From: Octopus sinensis
Taxonomy: Eukaryota
Length of the DNA stretch: 64,000 bases
Assembly (NCBI RefSeq): GCF_006345805.1
Contig: NC_043007.1
Span: 49,476,001-49,540,000, forward strand
Reading direction: 5' to 3'
Shown piece after piece: positions 55,240 through 64,000 of this stretch; the first letter of the stretch is position 1; each line of letters opens with the position of its first letter. The notes beneath the pieces were generated by a model. The model was not told where the DNA came from, did not search any database, and saw nothing but the letters and a program-made list of their open reading frames with translations. The position numbers and the translations under genes were made by a program.

Positions 55240-56155
55240 CACAGTAGCCAGTAGTCTACGTTTTTGTTTGCAAACAGACCATAGACATCTAATAATGACA
55301 TACGGATCCAAGAAAGAATCCGGATACATACGACAAGCAGACTGCAGCGGTCGGGGTACCATTCAGTTATACTACGATTTTAAAATGGAATATCTGCACT
55401 CAAAAACGTTGGGACATGCCGATGATCTATCTAGGCTAATTCCGAAAAATAACGAACCGCTGGAGGACACCGTAATAGAAGCGCTAAGAGCAGAAGCAGA
55501 AACAAAAAAAGTGATGTGGAATAGCATGCGTGAACTACTTGTAACTTTGGAAGAAATAAAAAGAAATGCGAGAAATGGAAAATTTATTGACGAGACAAAA
55601 AGAAAACTGTGGTCGACAAAAGGAATAAAAAAAGGTCTGATGCAAAGAACCGCCAAGATGTGAACGTGTACTCTATATGTGACTATGTACTAATGTACGC
55701 TCAGAGGGTGGTCATACCAAAAACATTACAGAAGAGAATGCTAAATGTGGGACATCTAAGCATCTCTAGAATGAAAGCGTTGATGCGAAGTTTCGTATAC
55801 TGGCCAAGCACGGACAAGGAAGTTGAAAATATTATTACTTAATAGTAGTGGACAGCTACACAAGATGACCTGAGGTCAGGAGATGTAAACAACTGACCTC
55901 ATAAACGGTAATAAACTTCTTACACAAGCTGTTCGCAAGATTTGGTGTACCTGTTATAATTGTCTCTGATAACGGAACACAGTTTGTATCCTGTGAGTTT
56001 AAAGTATTCTGCAAAATGTTCACATTAGAAAATGAAACTATAGCACCGTATCACCCTAGAACGAATGGAAGAGCCGAACGTTTCGTGGACACTTTTAAGG
56101 AAATGACGGACGAGGTCGCGATCCAACAATTCTTACGGGTATACAGGATAACTCC
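55240..56155 (+). mobile_element. Ty3/gypsy pol remnant (RNase H to integrase)
   Basis: LQTDHRHL, GHADDLSRL, GHLSISRMKALMRSFVYWP, IVSDNGTQF, PYHPRTNGRAERFVDTFK. Confidence 0.9.
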
Positions 56156-56164
56156 GTGGCCAAA

Positions 56165-57570
56165 TATAACCATTGTCCGTCTCTACAGGCCTCCCCAAGC
56201 TCCTTTCTCCCAAGATATAACTCCGGGAACATATTGATGACAGGTAACTTTAACCTCCCCTATGTGAACTGGCTTACAAATACTCTGAAGTTAAGTAACT
56301 GCACTACACCAGACAAAGCAACAGTAACATTACTATTTAATTTAATGGATGAATTTTTCTAACCCAACTTGTGCTTGAACCAAGACAAGGCAGAACGATC
56401 CTGGACCTGATACTAATAAACTATGTTATCTCCATCTACAGCATTTCAGTTGAAAAAAACTCTCCTCTCTGACCACGACATGGTATTATGGTATTTTGCA
56501 ACCTTATTTTCTGGCATGTGAAAGCCAAACCAGTCACCCTCGCCCCAGAGAATCTGTTCGACAGCATCAATCTTCAAAAAGCAGTCTGGGGAGCAATTAG
56601 AAAATATCTGTCACTTACTGACTGGTCTTTCACTCATAGTTCCTCTGACACTGAAACAACAGTTTGAGAATATTGCCACTTGACATGCTTAAAACACATT
56701 CTTACAAAACTCACAAGCACAATTAGAAATAGGCTTCCAAGTGAGAGAAAAGAATACTCATCAAGAGAATCAAAAGACAAAAGAAAAAAATTCAGCCATT
56801 TAAAATGCTACAACCAACAGCATCCACATTCATCGGCAATAAGAAGACTTGAGTCGAAAAAGATTCATCTGAAGAACAGCATGAAAGCTTACATCGACAA
56901 CCAAAGAGCTGCAAAGAAAAAACGTGGTATTAAAAAAAAATAAAAATAAAACAGAATCCGAAAGTGTTCTATTCATATGCCAAGCATAGGACCACTGTCT
57001 TACCCGTTGGTCAATAAATAGATGATAACATTTCCCACCATAATGCAAAAGAAATGGTAGAAATATTGCAGAAACAACACTTCTTTGTCTTTAGTGATCC
57101 CAATGATATTGAGGCAAGGGATCTGAACAAACGCAATCCCCAACATATTATCTCTGACTTAACTTTTACCGCCTCAGACATCATAGGACTAATAAATAAA
57201 ATCAAGTACTATTCTGCAGCAGGCTCTGATAGCTTCCCCGCTGATGTCTTGAAGGAATGCTGACACAAACTTACAACGACTCTAACCAACTTCTGGAGAA
57301 ATTCTGTAGTCTTAGGTTACATACCGGAACATTTCTTATTCCATTCTATCATTCCGGTCTTCGAAAAGGGAAACAAGTCTCTTGCAGTCAACTACCGTCC
57401 ATTCCCATTCATTTCTCATATAATCAAAGTGTTTGAAAGGGTGGTGAGATCAAGGATAGCTGGTTTCCTTGGCGAGCCACAACTTTCTAAATCTCAACAA
57501 GCATGACTTTCACTGCGGCAAGGATTGCTCAACACAACTCTTACATCACATCGAAGATGTCCTTAAAGGT
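56165..57570 (+). mobile_element. CR1-group LINE remnant (APE to RT start), related to 47682-50215
   Basis: LYRPP, TGNFNLPYVNW, EILQKQH..VFSDP, AGSDSFPA..LKEC, AVNYRP. Confidence 0.85.
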
Positions 57571-57699
57571 TATTAAATTGGTATGTAAAAGTAGTAACTA
57601 ATGTTAGATCATAGGGGGGCAACGATAATGTGAGATGTGAGGGTTGTAGTTATTCCATAGGATTTCAAAGATACATGAATAAATGAACTCACTATCAAT

Positions 57700-57824
<125 letters not shown>

Positions 57825-57955
57825 CACACATATACATATATATAGGCAACGAAAAATTGTAAAAAAGGCAGAATGCTAAATTGAAGGTAAATTTTAATGA
57901 ATATGGGTGTATGGAAAATTTTTTAAAATAAAAAAAATATATATATATATATAAT

Positions 57956-57997
57956 AATTCAAACCGGTTTTCGTTGCAATGCGACTTTTCAAGAATT
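57956..57997 (-). ncRNA. Hammerhead with U3-A8 core
   Basis: aattc-TTGAAAA-gtcgc att gcaac-GAAA-accggt-TT-gaatt, downstream of a PLE-like C-terminal trace (TPYGFN) near 58190. Confidence 0.65.
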
Positions 57998-58532
57998 GTA
58001 AAGGTGAAAAGAAATTTTTTTTATAATTGAGGAGGGGGAAAAAAGAAAATTACATTGTTTTTTGCAAAAAAATAATAAACATATGCAAAAATTAAAAAAT
58101 AGGTACACCGATACATTGAAAAGTCCTTGTGTATCTCGAGTTCAATGATAGTTCTCGGAAAAATTACCTTGGAGGATTAAGATCCCTATGATTAAATCCA
58201 TATGGTGTTTAATTTAGGATGTTTGTTAAATGAATGTCAAAACAGGAAATGGGGTAGGAGTTATCCAGTTCCTGTGAGTAAGGGGAGACAACTCTGTGGG
58301 TTTTATGCTCTTCAATTGGGATTATCAATTTTTTGTAAGATAGGATGTTAATAAACCTTAAATTATAAAATTATAATTTTAGCTTCATTTGCATTATCTT
58401 TTTTTTATATATAATTGTTTGCTAACTTAACATTCAGATTTTAACACTTTATTTATATTGTTTTCTAATTATATAAATTTACATAAACCAATTTATAATT
58501 TCATTTCAGATTGTTATGTCATGTATAATAAA

Positions 58533-58591
<59 letters not shown>

Positions 58592-58699
58592 TAATAATAA
58601 TAAATAAAGAATATAAGTTTTAGTTTGAAGTGATGACTGCATGATATCCTTATATATTTGTATTTGTCCATCCATGAAGAATGAGGTAGAAAAAAGAAA

Positions 58700-59423
58700 T
58701 ATGATTATCGTGGAGTTTGCATATTAAGATGCGTTTTGAATTTTTCAATAAAAAGATTCTCCTTGTTAATTCTTTCTTGTGTGGTGATTCCGTCTTTACA
58801 TTGGTAGAAGGGGAATATGTAAAATTTGGGATTTTTGTCTTTAGCGCACGAGTCTATGTGGCTACTTAGTGAAATTTGACGGTATTCTGGGAGATTTATT
58901 TGTTCTTTATGGACCGCTACTCTTTTACGTAAAGGGAAGTTCGTTTGACCAACATAATTTTGTTGGCAACCGGCGCATGTGAGAACGTAGATATGGTTCT
59001 CGGAGGAACAGGAGAAGTTGGTCTTGATTTTAAACTTTGTTCCTTGTTTGAAGATAAATTCAGAGCCTTCAAGTAGGAAGGGGAAGGTTCCACAGTTTGG
59101 GCGCGCCCATTTTTCAACTGATGGGGGTGGATGTGGTGTGTGAAGCTTGGCATTTGTCAAGAGTTTTTCAAAGATTTATGTTGCCTTTTACATTTGAGGA
59201 TTTTGTGTGTATTGATAATGTTATTCATTTTTGGGTCTGTTGACAGTAGAGTGAGGTTTTGTATGATTGTGGTGTATGCTTCGATATTTTGGGGGTTGTG
59301 GGTGGAAATATATGGAAGTATATTGGGGTTGTGAGTGTTGGGTGGTTTTCAGGGTAATGTTGTCTAGTTCTTTGGTATGTTTTATTCCATACTCTATAAG
59401 GGTGGAGGGATACTGGCGTTGTA
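58700..59423 (-). mobile_element. Penelope-like GIY-YIG domain, 5'-truncated
   Basis: HIYVLTCAGCQQNYVGQTNFPLRKRVAVH..RINKENLFIEKFK; related to 53487-54281. Confidence 0.9.
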
Positions 59424-59438
59424 ATATATATATATATA

Positions 59439-59850
59439 GACGCAGGAGTGGCTGTGTGGTAAGTAGCTTGCTAACCAACCACATGGTTGCGGGTTCAGTC
59501 CCACTGCGTGGCATCTTGGGCAAATGTCTTCTGCTATAGCCCCAGGCCGACCAATGCCTTGTGAGTGGATTTGGTAGACAGAAACTGAAAGAAGCCTGTC
59601 GTATATATGTTTATATATATATATAAGTGTGTGTGTTTGTGTGTCTGTGTTTGTCCCCCTAGCATTGCTTGACAACCGATGCTGGTGTGTTTACGTCCCC
59701 GTAACTTAGCGGTTCGGCAAAAGGGACCGATAGAATAAGTACTGGGCTTACAAAGAATAAGTCCCGGAGTCGATTTGCTCGACTAAAGGCGGTGCTCCAG
59801 CATGGCCGCAGTCAAATGACTGAAACAAGTAAAAGAGTAAAAGAGTAAAG
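59439..59850 (+). mobile_element. SINE family A, full length
   Basis: tRNA-like head (tggctgtgtgg; ggttcagtcc), internal TA/TG tract, (gtaaaaga)n tail. Confidence 0.92.
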
Positions 59851-60154
59851 AATATATATATATATATATATATACATACACACATACATATATACATATA
59901 TATACACATACACATACATAATAAATAATTGTCAACTTCCTTATCCCCATTTACTTTTCATCGGTTAACTACATATAAACTATATATTTAATATTTACCT
60001 GTTTATTTCCGTCTACAAAATACAAGGTTTTGAACCGAATTATACAACACTCGTAATTTATGTGAATAGTGAAAATATTATAGAGTTGAGGAGTAATTTC
60101 TGCACTTGGGAAAGTTTGGGTTATGATGTGGTTTCGACACTCTAACGCCTTCAG

Positions 60155-60334
60155 CCCTTTAGAATTTAAATCGGCCATACCAGGCCCAAATATTCTACCT
60201 GTTTTATGTTCAAACCGGTCAGATCTGGCTTATTCTAAAATTGTACAATCATATATCGAAATGTCGAAGCTATAAGATAATGCATGATTAATGTGAATCA
60301 TTACAGTTGACAAAATAATCTGAAAGCTAAAAGG
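60155..60334. mobile_element. piggyBac-like MITE
   Basis: Imperfect TIRs ccctttagaattt / aaagctaaaagg, followed by TTAA; the left TTAA is degraded. Confidence 0.55.
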
Positions 60335-60699
60335 TTAAGGAAGCACTATTTATCACGATGTCTCCTTTTATACATTATATGTAAAAATATAAAATCATTG
60401 GATGTAGACAAATTAGTGAACAATGAGAAGCATGATGTACATATCTCAGGTAATAACAGCTTCGTATATGTTTCTTTCTTGTATAAATTTCTGTAAGAAA
60501 TCACATACAATAATTTTGCTGTTTGATTCCAATGATGAAGAGCATAAAATAATTCAGATAATCAAGGATTAATAAATCTAAAACTATAGCAAATTTTCTC
60601 CCTTCAGCAATAGATTTCCCGCATTGGCTGAATTGCCTTTTTACTAAGACGAAAGGCAAATTCGACCTCGGCCGAATTACCTGAGTGGCGGAATTGTGT

Positions 60700-62360
60700 T
60701 GCCGTGAATTGAACAGTCTTCTTTCGTTCTTTTTCTCTGCTCTGTCTTTCTGTTCTTTCTTGTGTTTTTATTAGACTTCTTATTTGGAACATTTTGGATT
60801 TTGTGTTGAACATTTTAAAATATTTTTTCTTTTGCAAGCATGGCAACACTGTATTGGAGTGACAAAATGTGACCCCCAAGCAGTGGGGAAAATCTTTAAT
60901 GAGAGGATGGTGGTGTCGAGGACATGTTCTAAGTCCCTCAACACCATCACTGTGTTCTCTCAGGCGGACATTGAAAAGGAGTTGGCAGAATATCTGTCAA
61001 CTATTAAGTTTATTGCAAAGGATGTCAAATATGCAACGGTGGGGAAGCTCGAGATTTTGCGAGCCAACCCTTGGAAGGGGAGAAAATTCTGTTTCTCCCC
61101 ACAAATGGTGGGAAGAAATTGACAAGAACTTGGGTGTGTGAGCTTCCACCCGGAATAGAGCTCGAATGGATAGAAGACACTATCGGTCGGGTTCTGGGTG
61201 GCAGCTGAGCCAAGCTCGTAAATGCCAAAATTCTGCCTGCGGCTGATTGGGTGGGGTCGAAAGCAGGTTTGACCCTGTGGACCCAATCTGCCGATAACCT
61301 GGTTTTTCCAGATTTTTTTAGGATGGCCGGGTGCAGGTACCCGGTGATACTTAAGGGTCTCCTCTCAGGTATCATCGGTGCATGGAGCCTGGCCATATAA
61401 AGAAAAACTGTCCTCAGGAACAAAGCAAAGTCTTGGAGCAGTTGATGGAGACTTCTGTTGAAGAAGGAACAAAGGCGGCCGAGGAGGCGGAGGACTCCTC
61501 AAAGAAGGGCCGCAAGAGGAAAAAGGTGAGCAATAATGGGTGCTCACCAAAGGATCCTAGGGATGAAGGAGGGGAAGCGAATCTCCCGGTCACGGAGGAG
61601 ACGCAACCTCCTCCAGCTGAGAAGTAAAAATGAGGAAGAGGAAGAAAAACGGGACATTGCCGGCAGTCGGTGACATAGCACCGGAATGTCCCGGAACCTC
61701 GTCGGTAGGGGTTGTGCCACCAGCAGGGGAATAGACACCGTTGGCGGGAATTATGCTGGCAACGGTAGAATTGATTACCTCGACCCTGGAGGAAGACAAA
61801 TTATTGGTCTTCTTCTACAGAGGTGGAGTGGTAGAAAAGGTGGTGGAAACACTATAAAGGAATACCTTTAACTTTCACACGGGAACCCGAATGGCCTCCT
61901 CAGATAGCTGTGGATGCCATACGTTGCCCGTGATACGTAGTCTGGGGGGACTTGAAGAGGAATATCGCTTGTGGCCGGGCGACGCCGACTCGGATCCCGC
62001 CTTGGTTTTAAATGAGCCGTGGGCGGTGGCGGAGTATACGGGCACAAGCGATGTTGGGGAGGAAAATTGACAAGAGGTTGAAAAGTCTCAGTGTTATAAT
62101 GTTTAAGTGTGTAAGAGGCTCAGCGCCTTAATTTGTGAATGGACTATTAAGTCCAAAAATTGTAAAAACGGAAGTAAGAGGTTCAATACCTCGGTTTGTT
62201 TTTTGTGTTAAAAATAATAATGTTTTAGGCAAACAAAATATCGGCGGCTGTTTTTAGTCTTCTCCCGTTAATATCACTTTATTTCATCATTCATCTCATC
62301 AATGTTTCTGTTCAGCCCGCAAGCTACTCTCTATCATGCCTTTATGGCAAAATTTTTGAA
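60700..62360 (+). mobile_element. L1/Tx1-like ORF1 (gag-like) remnant without RT
   Basis: Zinc knuckle YHRCMEPGHIKKNCP followed by a charged low-complexity tail; frameshifted; no RT visible. Confidence 0.5.
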
Positions 62361-62363
62361 ATA

Positions 62364-62750
62364 AAGTAGCTTGCTTACGAACCACATAGTTCCGGGTTCG
62401 GTCTCACTGCGTGGTAACTTGGGCAAGTGTCTTCTACTATAGCCTCGGGCCGACCAAAGCGTTATGAGTGGATTTGGTAGACGGAGACTGAAAGAAACCC
62501 GTCGTATATATGTTTATATATATATATGCCTCTGTGTGTGTGTATACGTTTGTGTGTCCGTTTGTTCCCCAACATCGCTTGACAACCAATGCTGGTGTGT
62601 TTACGTCCCCGTAACTTAGCGGTTCGGCAAAAGAGACCGATAGAATAAGTACTAGGCTTACAATGAATAAGTCCTGGGGTCAATTTGCTCGACTAAAGGC
62701 GGTGCTCCAGCATGGCCACAGTCAAATGACTGACACAAGTATAAGAAAGA
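62364..62750 (+). mobile_element. SINE family A, nearly full length
   Basis: Colinear with 59460-59835. Confidence 0.9.
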
Positions 62751-63689
62751 ATATACACGTGTATGCGTGTGTATGTGTATGTGTGTGTGTGAGAGTGTAT
62801 AGATAGCTAGACACAGACAAAGAGCTAAATGTATACATATGTGCATAAATGTACATACAAAACACAAATACTGCATTTCATCTTATATGCATGCATATAT
62901 GTGTGTGTATATATTAATATGTTTACGAATACAAACACACACGCGCGAGAGCGCGCGCACACATACATATGAAGAAAGGGAGAACAAAGTGCAAGCGAGA
63001 GGGAAATAGCAAATGAAAAATAGACATGTAAAATAAAATATTGTTTTATTAAATTTCTTCGTTGTTTTTGGAATTTATATTTTTCCTCTTCTTTCCACCT
63101 TCTCCTTTACCGCGCTCCCGTTTGAAGCTCAGCATTTCATCCAAATTCTGTGGTAGTTGTTTATTATGCGTTTCAGGAAGAATGAAAAACAAGCTCGATG
63201 CAATGAAACAACCAGCACCAAATACAAGTCCTGGCCCCCAAACAACACGCGCAGCCTGAAAAATAGAAATTTACAAATTATATATATATTTACGTATATG
63301 CATGTATATGTGTCTGTTTGTTTGTGTGTGTGTGTGTGTTTACGCATATTAGAAGCGGCGGGGACTGTGGAACATGAGTGTGGTAAATTCACTGACGTCG
63401 GTCAGTTGTCACATTCGTTTTGGTATGGCATATTAGAAGCGGCAGAGAGTGCGGAACATGACTAGTTTGGTGGGGTCGTCACTGCAAAAAAATCTCTGTG
63501 TGTGTGTGAGTGAGTATATATGTATGTGTGAGCATATATATGATGTTATAGCTAAAGAAAACTTACCAGCATTCTTGTGTAAGGAGAGATCATGCTACCG
63601 ATACGTGCTGTAGCTGAGGCTACACCCATTCCAGCAGTCCTGTTAAAAGACAATCCAACAATAATTAATTAAAAAGACTTTTTTTATAG

Positions 63690-64000
63690 AAACTGTCTCG
63701 AGACGAACAAGATGCCTTGTTCGTGGTAATTATTGTTTATGTTGGTCCTGGGCAATCATACAAATCAATGATGAATGATAATCAAACCACGAATATTCAG
63801 TGGTTTTCTCTTTTTCACCATTGCATCCAGAATCACATTTTCCAATGTCTGCTTGCCATTTTCAAAAGGTATTGTGCGAAAATTGAGCAAAGTTACACTG
63901 ATATTTGTAACTGGTCCGCTAATCACTTATATTTTCCTTTGTTGGCTCATGTTGAAGTTATTGTGACGAATTTACCACAGAATGCAATTTTTGAACAAAT
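63690..64000 (+). CDS. Candidate coding exon, unknown product, open at the window edge
   Basis: Acceptor-like actttttttatag at 63677-63689, then 103 stop-free codons (KLSRDEQDALFVVIIVYVGPGQSYKSMMNDNQTT...). No family recognised. Confidence 0.3.

Noticed and set aside
60128-60157. Minus-strand CTGAAGG...GAAAC hammerhead candidate
   Set aside because: No stem II or stem I, and it overlaps a MITE end.
63741-63767. Walker A-like GPGQSYKS suggesting a viral helicase
   Set aside because: The invariant GK is absent (YK) and no Walker B context is visible.

Overview
AT-rich, microsatellite-dense animal DNA made almost entirely of transposable-element remains. The SINE families and repeat landscape resemble an Octopus (coleoid cephalopod) genome; this is inferred from recalled repeat sequences, not from a search. 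No intact host gene is evident; one candidate coding exon starts at 63690. Elements recognised: Penelope-like elements (PLEs; RT + GIY-YIG), seven R4/Dong-like RLE non-LTR fragments (several at (TAA)n tracts), two RTE and two CR1-group LINE remnants, a Ty3/gypsy pol fragment, a Tc1/mariner fragment, MITEs and three tRNA-derived SINE families. The main unannotated signal is about 13 type-I hammerhead ribozyme (HHR) motifs found by eye, mostly with short palindromic stem III, including core variants (U3-A8, extra A after A9) and very long stem II inserts. One intact HHR lies in a TSD-flanked, non-coding, rod-folding element whose inverted segment implies a ~353-nt circular or tandem monomer (retrozyme-like). 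Another lies at the apparent 5' end of an R4/Dong element. Also seen: ~20-nt reiterations at 5' junctions of TAA-targeted retroelements, and a duplicated, covarying two-hairpin motif in an R4/Dong 5' UTR. All folds were read manually, and element boundaries are approximate.
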